Both the position numbers and the translations under genes were made by a program. Below are positions 8,352 to 17,444 of a DNA stretch of 32,000 bases, piece by piece; the first letter of the stretch is position 1, and each line of letters starts with the position of its first letter. The notes under the pieces were generated by a model that was given only the letters and a program-made list of their open reading frames with translations, had not been told where the DNA came from and ran no database searches. This stretch comes from Nostoc punctiforme PCC 73102 (GTDB taxonomy: Bacteria > Cyanobacteriota > Cyanobacteriia > Cyanobacteriales > Nostocaceae), in NCBI RefSeq assembly GCF_000020025.1, contig NC_010628.1:6570001-6602000 (forward strand). The letters run 5' to 3'.

Positions 8352-8984
8352 ATGATCGTGAATATTCGTAGAATACTAGTTGTAACAGCGATTCCCGTTC
8401 TGGTTGGCACATTTGGTTTGATTTCACTCAATCAGGCTGATGCCGCTAATAAATTCTCTCAAATTGCCCAGGCGCAACAACCACCCAACCAACCACCAGA
8501 AGGAGAACAACGCCCACCCCGACCTGATTTTAAGGCGGCGGCGACTAAGTTAGGAGTTAGCGAGCAACAGTTAAAAGATGCGTTGGGTGTTCCTGCCAAT
8601 CCTCCAAAAGGCGATCGCAGTCAGCGCCCACCCCGACCTGATTTTGCAGCAGCTGCAACCAAGTTAGGAGTTAGCGAGCAGCAGTTAAAAGATGCGTTGG
8701 GTGTTCCTGCCAATCCTCCAAAAGGCGATCGCAATCAGCGCCCACCCCGCCCTGATTTTAAGGCGGCGGCGACTAAGTTAGGAGTTAGCGAGCAACAGTT
8801 AAAAGATGCGTTGGGTGTTCCGCCTCATCCTCCAACAGGCGATCGCAATCAGCGCCCACCCCGCCCTGATTTTAAGGCGGCGGCGACTAAGTTAGGAGTT
8901 AGTGAACAACAGTTAAAAGATGCGTTGGGTGTTCCGCCTCATCCTCCAACAGGCGATCGGTCAGCACCTCCTAGAAATCAGTAA
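8352..8984 (+). CDS. Secreted tandem-repeat protein (signal peptide plus 4 x 38-aa repeat QRPPRPDF(K/A)AAATKLGVSEQQLKDALGVP..P..GDR)
   Basis: Start placed at the ATG at 8352 (MIVNIRRILVVTAIPVLVGTFGLISLNQADA-ANK). The four repeats are obvious in the translation and in the DNA. Confidence 0.7.
   Translation: MIVNIRRILVVTAIPVLVGTFGLISLNQADAANKFSQIAQAQQPPNQPPEGEQRPPRPDFKAAATKLGVSEQQLKDALGVPANPPKGDRSQRPPRPDFAAAATKLGVSEQQLKDALGVPANPPKGDRNQRPPRPDFKAAATKLGVSEQQLKDALGVPPHPPTGDRNQRPPRPDFKAAATKLGVSEQQLKDALGVPPHPPTGDRSAPPRNQ
8508..8963 (+). repeat. Four tandem 114-bp coding repeats (in frame, near-identical)
   Basis: Direct reading gives units starting at 8508, 8622, 8736 and 8850. Each contains a HIP1 site (GGCGATCGC, encoding GDR). 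Units 1-2 encode PANPPKGDR and units 3-4 encode PPHPPTGDR. Confidence 0.9.
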
Positions 8985-9055
8985 TTTACTCACTGAAAGC
9001 TTGCTGTAGTTATTACCAGTCTGCTCCATAACTGTGATGTTAGGCTTTAGCGATA

Positions 9056-9114
9056 GGGTATAGGTTACAGGGTACAAATTATTCTTTATTACCTGTTACC
9101 TCTCCCCTATACCC
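9056..9114. terminator. Imperfect hairpin between convergent genes (candidate bidirectional terminator)
   Basis: GGGTATAGGTTACAGG ... CCTGTTACCTCTCCCCTATACCC. The arms pair with one mismatch and a bulge. There is no clear U-tract. Confidence 0.3.
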
Positions 9115-9117
9115 AAT

Positions 9118-9690
9118 TCAGATTCCTGTTCTCTGGTTAGGAATGCGACGGCTAGGCAGTGAGAGCGCGATCATCCAAACACCTGTCAACAAAAAATTAA
9201 TCCCTGCAAATAATCCCAGCACCCAAGCTGCACTGAAAGGCCATTTATACAAAATTAAAATTCCCAGAATAATGGCCATCATGCCACTAAACAGTGTCCA
9301 ACCCCAATTTGGCTCTGGACGTATTTGAAATGCTGTAATTACCTCAAATACACCCTCAGCCAAAAAGACAATTCCCAAGGCGAATGTGATGGAGAGCGCA
9401 GCACCAAAGATGTTGCCAATCAACATAATCCCAGCAAGTGCATAGAGAATACCAACCACTAGCTTTAGCCAGAAGCCTTTTTGTCGTCGTGATTGCAATG
9501 CGTGGACAATTCGGACAATACCAGCGATCAATAAAAACCAAGAGATGACGATTGTAATGGCAATAGTGGCAACGAATGGTTCTGCGATCGCTGCCATGCC
9601 TAGCACAATCATTAAAATGCCTAGAACGATGAACCATCCTAAACTTTGTCTCGCTTGACCGATGTTTTCAGAATTCATAATAGTTTCCAA
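9118..9690 (-). CDS. HdeD/DUF308-family membrane protein
   Basis: 190-aa ORF made of repeated hydrophobic hairpins (GWFIVLGILMIVLGMAAI.., WLKLVVGILYALAGIMLI.., WVLGLFAGINFLLTGVWMI) typical of HdeD-like proteins. The start could instead be the MNSEN methionine. Confidence 0.75.
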   Translation of the reverse strand: METIMNSENIGQARQSLGWFIVLGILMIVLGMAAIAEPFVATIAITIVISWFLLIAGIVRIVHALQSRRQKGFWLKLVVGILYALAGIMLIGNIFGAALSITFALGIVFLAEGVFEVITAFQIRPEPNWGWTLFSGMMAIILGILILYKWPFSAAWVLGLFAGINFLLTGVWMIALSLPSRRIPNQRTGI

Positions 9691-10004
9691 AATGCGTTAA
9701 AATGGCGTTTTTAGTCAAGGATTGATATTCGTCTTAATTACTTCATTTCTTAACTACTCTTGTTGACCACTAAATCGAAAATTTAGTGGGGTATTAAACT
9801 CTTGGATTCAGACGCTCGCGGACTCGCTCTAAGCGTTGCACAGCCTCTCGTAGAGAAGGCTTTACGCTCCGCTATTCACCAGTCATACAGAATTCAATTC
9901 TAAATTCTGACTTCTGAATTCTGTTTTGATAAATGCTCGATCTTAAACAGTCATAAAGATATTTAAAGCAAGCTATAGCGCTTTAAATCCGCACAACTTT
10001 TGCG

Positions 10005-10025
10005 GGCAAGATGCCCAGCCCACAA
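10005..10025 (+). repeat. Short dispersed repeat GGCAAGATGCCCA(G/C)CCCACAA, copy 1
   Basis: 21-nt match with one mismatch to 12896-12916. Confidence 0.5.
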
Positions 10026-10286
10026 GTGATTTATTTTTACGGATGCAAATTAAAAGATTTTTAGCTTATGAGCATGAGCATGGACAAACGGAATCGTAAT
10101 CCGCATAAGTAAAGAATTTACAATATCTGAAGTTTTGACTTCCTCATTCCTTAGAGATAAAGCAATTCCTAGCAAATACTGATATTTAGCTTTGATTAAT
10201 CTTTATACAGAGTGATGAAATAAAGTTATGAAGATGCTATTAGAGTACGGCAGAATTTAGCTAACATCTCTGTGAACAAGACTTGG

Positions 10287-10438
10287 CTAAAATCCCCTTT
10301 GATTTTTGTTCGTGCAGCGTGGCGTAGCCATACTTACTTGCGTGTGAAGACAAGAGGCAAGATGAAGAGGCAATAGGCAATAGGAAAGAAAGCTTTTTGA
10401 GTTGTATGGAGTTTTTTCAAAAATCAAATATGAGTCTT
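10287..10438 (+). repeat. MITE-like dispersed repeat, copy b (approximate ends)
   Basis: CTTTGATTTTTGTTCGTGCAGCGTGGCGTAGCCATACTTACTTGCGTG ... GAGTTTTTTCAAAAATCAAATATGAGTCTT. It matches copies a and c. The 62-aa track ORF at 10287-10475 lies on it and is discounted. Confidence 0.6.
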
Positions 10439-10509
10439 GTAGTTTAAATATTTGTATATTTTTGATTGATTGCAAGTTGACTAACAGACTCTGTTAGCCA
10501 ACTAAACCA

Positions 10510-12123
10510 TTAAAAATCGAAGGTTGTACGAAGCACGCCCACGTACTGCGTATCATTTCTACTATCGTTTTCCGGGTTGAGAATCACCCAAAAACCAGGA
10601 GTTACTGAGATATTATCGTTCAGGCGGTAGCGATAGAATGCTTCAATATGGTAAGCTGTGTCTCGGTCTTGACGGATATCACTGTTAGAGACACGCGGCG
10701 GTATCCCAAAAAGAATTCCTGGCAGGTTGCCCTTACCGCCCACATCAGGAAACGACATACCAATCGCTCCAAACCAAGCATTGGCATTATCACCATTGTT
10801 CACGAACAGAGAATCTGTTCCACCCCTACCATTAGAAATATCGCTGAAACCAGAGTTTTTCGCATTTGCCCTGACATATCCGCCCCAAGAGTGTACCTGG
10901 AAATTTGGGGAAAAGCGATAGTATCCCTGTACGCCAACAATGCTATTGGAAGTAGCAATGTTATTTCCAAAGGGAGCATTTGACAGGGCGCTGCCTCTCC
11001 CGGCGTTAATATCTACAGTGCCAGCAGGATTATAACCATGAGAGTAGGCAATACCAATAGCTCCTTGTTCGCCGTAATATGCCAGGTGCGCTAGAGCATT
11101 GTAGCCGCCATCAAATAAGCCATTTTGTGCTGATGGAACGTTTGGACTATTTGCTAAATAGCCCAAGGTAAGAATCAAGTTTTTACTGATACTCCAATTA
11201 GCGGCTGCACCCCCACCACCTCGCTCGAAGAGGGGACTGTTTTTACCAAAGAGTGAGGGAATCCCATTACCATCATCAGCGATCGTGGCAGGAGTGATGT
11301 TGTTTGTGATGTCGTTGTAACCAATACCTGTGGGGCCAACAACGAAAGAAAGGGAATCACCAACGGGGAAGTAGTAACGTATGTGGGGAATTATTAGTGT
11401 ATTGTTGCTGTCATTGTCGAAATTGAGTCGTGTCATGCCTGTGCCAGTGGCTGCGGCAATTTGACTTGCACCATTAGAATTTGTAAAGTTGCCAAACTCC
11501 AGCCGTACTCGCAATAAATCTTTACCGGTGAAGCTACTCTCTAAGTTTAGACGACCTCGGTTTGCAAAATAGAGACGGGACTCATCGCGATCGCCACCTA
11601 CTCTATTACCAAAGGTATCACTAATGGCCGTAATAATTTGAGCATTCAACTTAGTAGTGGTGGAAAATTGCTGCTCCTCCAGCGTTGCTGTATGTGCTTC
11701 CAGGGTATCCACCCGGCCACGCAGAGTTGCCAATTCTGCTGCAAACTCTGTCTGCAAATTTTGCAGCACTGCCAAATCTTCTTTTTTGACCAAATCATTA
11801 GTACCCACAGCAATTAATTCATTCACCCGGTCTAAGCAGGCGTTTAAACCAGCAGCAAATTCATAACGACTCAAGGCACGATTACCGCGATAGGTTGCAT
11901 CAGGATAACCTGCAATACAGCCATAACGTTCGACTAGTGATTGCAGTGCTTGGAATGCCCAATCGCTCGGTTTGATGTCGGAAAGTTGGGAAACAGAATT
12001 TACTTGTCCCTGTAAATTTCTATCAGCATCTGCTGTACTCGAATCTTCTTCTGGAGGTGCTGCCCAAACTGCTGGAACTGCGAAAAATAGGATAAAAAAG
12101 CTATGCAGAAGAATTTTAATCAT
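10510..12123 (-). CDS. Outer-membrane porin with an N-terminal SLH domain, a coiled coil and an OprB-type carbohydrate-selective beta-barrel
   Basis: 537-aa ORF. Signal peptide ending VWA-AP. SLH motif SDWAFQALQSLVERYGCIAGYPDATYRGNRALSRYEFAAGLNACLDRV. Gly/Asn/aromatic-rich barrel ending in ...LRTTFDF. Confidence 0.88.
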   Translation of the reverse strand: MIKILLHSFFILFFAVPAVWAAPPEEDSSTADADRNLQGQVNSVSQLSDIKPSDWAFQALQSLVERYGCIAGYPDATYRGNRALSRYEFAAGLNACLDRVNELIAVGTNDLVKKEDLAVLQNLQTEFAAELATLRGRVDTLEAHTATLEEQQFSTTTKLNAQIITAISDTFGNRVGGDRDESRLYFANRGRLNLESSFTGKDLLRVRLEFGNFTNSNGASQIAAATGTGMTRLNFDNDSNNTLIIPHIRYYFPVGDSLSFVVGPTGIGYNDITNNITPATIADDGNGIPSLFGKNSPLFERGGGGAAANWSISKNLILTLGYLANSPNVPSAQNGLFDGGYNALAHLAYYGEQGAIGIAYSHGYNPAGTVDINAGRGSALSNAPFGNNIATSNSIVGVQGYYRFSPNFQVHSWGGYVRANAKNSGFSDISNGRGGTDSLFVNNGDNANAWFGAIGMSFPDVGGKGNLPGILFGIPPRVSNSDIRQDRDTAYHIEAFYRYRLNDNISVTPGFWVILNPENDSRNDTQYVGVLRTTFDF

Positions 12124-12252
12124 GGACTTATTTATGTGAAAATGGTTGAATTCTGACTTTGTAAGGAAAAAAATTACAGTCGAACAAAAGCTGCTAGCTT
12201 ATAAGCTGATCGGCATTAAAGTTAGATATTTTGAGTTGAAATTTTAGATTAC

Positions 12253-12815
12253 TTAAAGCAACGCTATGACTTTTTGCTCATTGCTGCTTTTAATAGCTGC
12301 TTCTATAATCCGCATTACATTAATTCCGTCTTCGGCAGTAACAGTAACTGGCTGATTATCAACAATAGATTTATATACCGCGTCGTAATAGCCTAAATAA
12401 CTGCCCTGTGAGCTTTTTACTTTTTCCCGAATTACTTTTGTGTCTTTTTCTGTATGCAGCAAGCCATATTCACTTTCTGGCTCTGTATACCAATCAAGTG
12501 TTGTTCTGCTTCTTTGACTGTTGTGGTAAATGCTTTTTCTACCACTACATGCTTGTCTGCCAATAAAGCCTGTTTAGTATAATCGTAATGTGTATAAGTT
12601 GGTGTATTTACCAACACTAGAATTACTCGCTCGTCGGCTAGCAATGCTTCCAAAGAAGGATAGCTTTTTACTTTCGGATAATCTTCCTGTATAAGATTTT
12701 TGCTTCTTTCCCAAGAGCCTGCTAATTGAAAACCGGGATGCAAATTAATAAACGGCGCATGAAATACCCTACCAGACAAACCATAAGAACAAAGAGCCGT
12801 ATTGAGAGTTTCCAT
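12253..12815 (-). pseudogene. Gfo/Idh/MocA-family oxidoreductase remnant (internal deletion plus frame change)
   Basis: An N-terminal Rossmann part (..VLVNTPTYTHYDYTKQALLADKHVVVEKAFTTTVKEAEQ) and a typical C-terminal end (..YDAVYKSIVDNQPVTVTAEDGINVMRIIEAAIKSSNEQKVIAL) lie in different frames. They are only about 560 bp apart, and the roughly 150-aa middle of the family is missing. Confidence 0.7.
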
Positions 12816-12895
12816 CTTTTTACTGATTGACTGAAGCGAAAGCTTGTATTTAGTTGTTGTTAGATGTTCCAGATAAAGTTTGCAGCATCAGGGCA

Positions 12896-12916
12896 GGCAA
12901 GATGCCCACCCCACAA
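12896..12916 (+). repeat. Short dispersed repeat GGCAAGATGCCCACCCCACAA, copy 2
   Basis: Matches 10005-10025. Confidence 0.5.
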
Positions 12917-13115
12917 AATTTACAGCAATCTTTTTTGATTTGAGACCAAATCCATTTGTATCGGAATTATTCTTCTCAGCGCCCTCAGCGTCTCTGCGGT
13001 TTTTTAATCATTCAGATGCTACTGAATTTGATTTGAAAAGTCGAAAATAATTTTTTTACAAATGATTCAGTTCAGAATTACAAATTAGGCAGCAGGGGCA
13101 TTAGGTAGATGTAAA

Positions 13116-14516
13116 TTACATGTCTTCCAACTCAATTCCTTTGGTTTCTTTAATAAAAAAGAGAATGAAAAAGAATGAGGTAGCCGCCGCAATTGTATAA
13201 AGTCCATAGGCAGAACCTAGACCGAAATATTGGAGTATGGGAGGAAATGTTGTGGAAATAAGGAAATTCGCAACCCATTGGATTGCAGCAGCAACTGAAA
13301 GTGCAGCCGCTCGAATCTTGTTATTAAACATTTCTCCCAACAACACCCAAACTATCGGCCCCCAGGAGAAACCGAAGCAAAACACGTAGAGGTTGGCGGC
13401 GATGAGAGCCACAGTCCCAGCGCTTCCGGCGAGGGAAGGATTTCCAGCAGCATCTAGGGGAGCATTACCAAAAATATAAGCCATTGTCCCCAAGGTCAGG
13501 GTCATGCCAATTGAACCTATTATTAGCAACGGCTTGCGACCAAATTTATCCACAAAGGCGATCGCAATCAGTGTTGTAATAATGTTGACGGCTCCTGTAA
13601 TCACCGTGATTGATAGGGAATCTTTTTCGGAAAACCCGACTGCCCGCCACAAAACACTACTGTAGTAAAAGATTACATTAATCCCAACAAATTGTTGTAA
13701 TACAGATAAGCCGATTCCTATCCAAACAATGGGGAGGAGTCCGCCACTTCTGCTTAAGAGGTCAGAAAATTTGGGTTGGCGTTCGCGAAGCACTGTCTGC
13801 CGAATTTCTTCGATTTTTGGCAGTACGTCACCTCCCAAAATCTTGGTCAGAACGTTAACAGCTTCTGATTCTCGTCCTTTGGCAACCAAATAACGGGGAG
13901 ATTCAGGAATTGTTAAAGCTACCATCCCGTAGAATACTGCTGGTGGGACTGCTGTCCAAAACATCCAGCGCCAAGCTGCAACCCCAAACAAAAACGGCGA
14001 GTCTGCTGAACCTGCTGACGTAGCGATAAAGTAGTCGCTCAATAAGGCAACGAAAATTCCCACTACGATCGCTAATTGTTGCAGAGATCCTAACCTTCCC
14101 CGCAAATGGGTAGGAGAACATTCCGCAATATAAGCTGGGGCGATTACGCTAGCAACGCCGATTCCAATCCCACCCAATACTCGCCAAAAGATAAAATCCC
14201 AAATTGTGAAGGCCATCCCAGAGCCAATGGCACTGATAGTAAACAACACCGAAGCGACCACCATTGCCTTGACTCGACCATAACGGTCTGCAATCTGTCC
14301 GGCAAAAAAGGCTCCTACCGCAGATCCTAGTAACGCGAGAGACACTGCCAGTCCTGTCACCCAACTACTGGTGTTAAAAGCTTTGGCTAATGATAAAACC
14401 GCGCCGTTAATCACAGCGGTATCAAAACCGAATAAAAACCCGCCGAGGGCAGCAGCACCAGCAATCAAAATGACATAAAACGTGTTGGATTTACGACGAA
14501 CAGTAGTAGAAGACAT
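13116..14516 (-). CDS. glcP: MFS sugar porter, GlcP-like glucose/fructose:H+ symporter
   Basis: 466-aa ORF with 12 predicted TM segments. Sugar-porter signatures GFLFGFDTAVINGA, DRYGRV, PESPRYL and KETKG. It is collinear with the Synechocystis/Nostoc GlcP sequence as I remember it. Confidence 0.85.
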   Translation of the reverse strand: MSSTTVRRKSNTFYVILIAGAAALGGFLFGFDTAVINGAVLSLAKAFNTSSWVTGLAVSLALLGSAVGAFFAGQIADRYGRVKAMVVASVLFTISAIGSGMAFTIWDFIFWRVLGGIGIGVASVIAPAYIAECSPTHLRGRLGSLQQLAIVVGIFVALLSDYFIATSAGSADSPFLFGVAAWRWMFWTAVPPAVFYGMVALTIPESPRYLVAKGRESEAVNVLTKILGGDVLPKIEEIRQTVLRERQPKFSDLLSRSGGLLPIVWIGIGLSVLQQFVGINVIFYYSSVLWRAVGFSEKDSLSITVITGAVNIITTLIAIAFVDKFGRKPLLIIGSIGMTLTLGTMAYIFGNAPLDAAGNPSLAGSAGTVALIAANLYVFCFGFSWGPIVWVLLGEMFNNKIRAAALSVAAAIQWVANFLISTTFPPILQYFGLGSAYGLYTIAAATSFFFILFFIKETKGIELEDM

Positions 14517-14616
14517 ATTTATAAATAGCTGTGATGAACTGCATATATCAAGGGAGATGAGGTAGTAGGGAGCAGAGGAGAGTAATTACTAACCAATGCC
14601 CAAAGACTTTGATTTT

Positions 14617-15615
14617 TTACCGTCTGGAACGTCTACGCAATCGATCAATCATTACTGCCAAAATAATTACTAGTCCTTTGACGACTAGTTGCCAGAAGTA
14701 AGATAGGTTCAACAAGGTTAAACCGTTGTTGAGAATAGCAATGATTAATGCACCTAAAAGAGTGCCGCCAATGGTACCAATACCACCTGTAAAGCTGGTT
14801 CCACCAAGAATAACAGCTGCGATCGCATCTAATTCGTAACCTTGACCCAATATGCCACTGGCACTATATAGACGGCTGGCGCTCATGATTCCTCCTAAGC
14901 CTGCCAGTAATCCGCTAATACCATAGACAAATAGCAAGACACGATTAACTTTAATCCCAGTTAATCTGGCTGCCCGTTCGTTACCTCCTACGGCATATAT
15001 CTGCACTCCTAAAACAGTTTGCCGCAGCACAAACCAGCTAGCGATTACGGTCAGTAGGGCAATGATTACTAACCACGGCAGAGGCCCGACGTAACTATTA
15101 CCCACCCAAGCAAAATTGATATCTCGGTTAATCAGTGTTGTACCCTTCGCAATCAGAAATGCCACACCCCGCAAGGCTGTAAGTGAACCTAACGTCACAA
15201 TAAAAGGTGGCACATCCAAGAAGGTGATGAGAGCGCCGTTGACTAAGCCTAAAAGCAATCCTGCCAACAATGCAGCAGGTACAGCCGCCCAACTTAAAGC
15301 CGGCAATAGCGATACCAGCAGTCCAACTACGGCAGAAACGGCCAATATTGACCCAACTGATAGGTCAATACCTCCGGTGAGAATTACAAAGGTCATTCCT
15401 GTCGCCAGCACAATATTGATTGATGCCTGACGCAAGATATTGACGATGTTACCGCCGGTGAGAAAGTTGGGAGAAAGGAATGCAAATAAGATGCAGATAA
15501 TTACTAGGATTGGCAGAATACCAGCAACTTCCAGCAGAGTGCTGATTGATTTCCGGTTGCGAGCTGCGGAATTGTTGGCTGATTTATTGATAGGCGGTCT
15601 GACTGTCTGACTCAT
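14617..15615 (-). CDS. Sugar ABC transporter permease (RbsC/FrtC-like)
   Basis: 332-aa polytopic ORF. 4-nt overlap with the upstream ATPase gene. Typical monosaccharide (CUT2) permease composition. Confidence 0.88.
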   Translation of the reverse strand: MSQTVRPPINKSANNSAARNRKSISTLLEVAGILPILVIICILFAFLSPNFLTGGNIVNILRQASINIVLATGMTFVILTGGIDLSVGSILAVSAVVGLLVSLLPALSWAAVPAALLAGLLLGLVNGALITFLDVPPFIVTLGSLTALRGVAFLIAKGTTLINRDINFAWVGNSYVGPLPWLVIIALLTVIASWFVLRQTVLGVQIYAVGGNERAARLTGIKVNRVLLFVYGISGLLAGLGGIMSASRLYSASGILGQGYELDAIAAVILGGTSFTGGIGTIGGTLLGALIIAILNNGLTLLNLSYFWQLVVKGLVIILAVMIDRLRRRSRR

Positions 15616-17174
15616 AATGCTGATACCTCCGATGCTCCAGTTGCGTAGTGCATAATCTTTTCTTGGGTGATTTCTTTGCCAAGGCTGCCGTCTAGTTCGC
15701 CTACCAGTTGTCCTTCTCGCATCACTAAGACGCGATCGCTCATACCGACAATCTCTGATAGTTCGCTGGAAACCATTAAAATAGCAACACCTTGTGCTGC
15801 CAATTCACTCATAATTCGGTAAATTTCGCTTTTGGCACCAATATCTACGCCGCGTGTCGGCTCATCTAACATCAGTACTCTAGGTTTAATGGCTAACCAA
15901 CGCGCTAGCAGTAGCTTCTGTTGATTCCCACCAGAAAGATCCAATGCTCTAATTTCCAAATTGGCCAGGCGGATATTAAAGTTTTCCACCGCTTCTGTTG
16001 ACAGCCGATTCACTGAAGGCCAGTTAACAATTCCACCTTTAGCATCCTGCTTGAGTGTGTTGATAGCAATATTCTTGCGGGCGCTCATCTCTAGAAATAA
16101 ACCTTGGTCTTTGCGGTCTTCCGGGACATAGCCAATTCCGGCAGCGATCGCATCACTGGGCGTATTAATTTCTAGTTTTTTGCCATTTAAAAATACTTCG
16201 CCACTAGCTTTACGGTCAGCACCAAAAATTAGCCGGGATAATTCTGTGCGTCCTGCACCAACTAACCCCGCTAAACCGAGAATTTCCCCTGCATGAAGTT
16301 CAAAGCTAGCAGGCTCAATCTTTTTGCGAGCATCACTCATGTTTCTGACTTCCAGCACCACAGGGCCAGGATTCATTTGCCGTTGATGTTCGTAAAAGTC
16401 TTGCATGGAGCGACCAACCATCATCTGCACCAATCGCTGTGGAGAAATTTCGCTGCGTGTAAGACTACCAATATATTGACCATCGCGCAGTACGCTAATC
16501 CGGTCAGCTAAAGCATAGATTTCTTCCATACGATGACTGATGTAAATAATCGCAATGCCATCACTCCGTAGTTTGCGAATTACTTCGAATAAATGGTCGC
16601 TCTCGCGGTCAGATAATGCTGCTGTTGGCTCATCCATCACCAAAACCCGGCTTTTATCTTTCAGCGCTCTGGCAATTTCGACTTGCTGCTGTTCTGCGAT
16701 GGATAAAGTCCCAACTATAGTCTGCGCTGTAAAATTGGCTCCCAAGCTATCTAACACTTGCTCTGCTTCAAGTTGCATGGCTTTGCGGTCTAAAAACTGA
16801 CCCCGACGCAACTCGCTACCCATAAACATATTTTCGGTAACGGTTAAATTAGGTGCAACATTCAGTTCTTGATAAATAAGATTAATACCCGCCTTGCGTG
16901 CTGTCGCCGGATCGGTAATTTTCAAGGGTTGACCATTGATGCGAATTTCTCCTTCATCAGCAATGTAAGCTCCAGCCAAGATTTTCATCAATGTGCTTTT
17001 GCCTGCCCCGTTTTCACCCATCAGGGCATGAACTTCTCCCGGATAAATCGTGAGATTAACATTTTGGAGCGCAGATACACCATGAAATCGTTTGGTAATC
17101 CCTTGCATTTCTAATACAGGGGTGGTGCTTGGTGCATCAGGAAATGAGGTTTCTATACTTGTTGCCATGAACAT
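15612..17174 (-). CDS. Sugar ABC transporter ATP-binding protein with duplicated ATPase domains (RbsA/FrtB-like)
   Basis: 520-aa ORF. Two Walker A motifs ([18 protein letters not shown]), two signature motifs ([15 protein letters not shown]) and two Walker B motifs ([16 protein letters not shown]). Confidence 0.92.
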   Translation of the reverse strand: MFMATSIETSFPDAPSTTPVLEMQGITKRFHGVSALQNVNLTIYPGEVHALMGENGAGKSTLMKILAGAYIADEGEIRINGQPLKITDPATARKAGINLIYQELNVAPNLTVTENMFMGSELRRGQFLDRKAMQLEAEQVLDSLGANFTAQTIVGTLSIAEQQQVEIARALKDKSRVLVMDEPTAALSDRESDHLFEVIRKLRSDGIAIIYISHRMEEIYALADRISVLRDGQYIGSLTRSEISPQRLVQMMVGRSMQDFYEHQRQMNPGPVVLEVRNMSDARKKIEPASFELHAGEILGLAGLVGAGRTELSRLIFGADRKASGEVFLNGKKLEINTPSDAIAAGIGYVPEDRKDQGLFLEMSARKNIAINTLKQDAKGGIVNWPSVNRLSTEAVENFNIRLANLEIRALDLSGGNQQKLLLARWLAIKPRVLMLDEPTRGVDIGAKSEIYRIMSELAAQGVAILMVSSELSEIVGMSDRVLVMREGQLVGELDGSLGKEITQEKIMHYATGASEVSAL

Positions 17175-17415
17175 CTCCTGTAAAAAAAATTTGAAAGTCG
17201 CAATTTGTGAGTTAGAAATTAATCAACTCACATCTGATGTGAAATTAAAAGCATCAGAAAATCATGTTTTAAAAAGCGATTACTATCTTGGGAAGTTCTG
17301 AATATTGAAAGGCAATATATCAGAACTTTCTACAACTGCACATATATACATCATGGGTATGTGCAAAAACTATGTCAATGTACCTAAAGACTCAACTCAG
17401 ATCGAACATTATTCT

Positions 17416-17441
17416 TAATAATTGTAAATTTACAATTATTA
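17416..17441. repeat. Perfect 26-bp AT-rich palindrome TAATAATTGTAAATTTACAATTATTA, 3 nt downstream of the binding-protein stop codon
   Basis: Read directly; it is self-complementary about 17428/17429. It may be an intercistronic hairpin or a protein-binding site. Confidence 0.5.
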
Positions 17442-17444
17442 TTA

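Noticed and set aside
9767-9789. A perfect 9-bp stem with a 5-nt loop (CCACTAAAT cgaaa ATTTAGTGG) upstream of the HdeD-like gene, considered as a terminator.
   Set aside because: There is no U-tract on either strand, and it lies in a 5' region rather than after a gene. The hairpin is too small to call a function.
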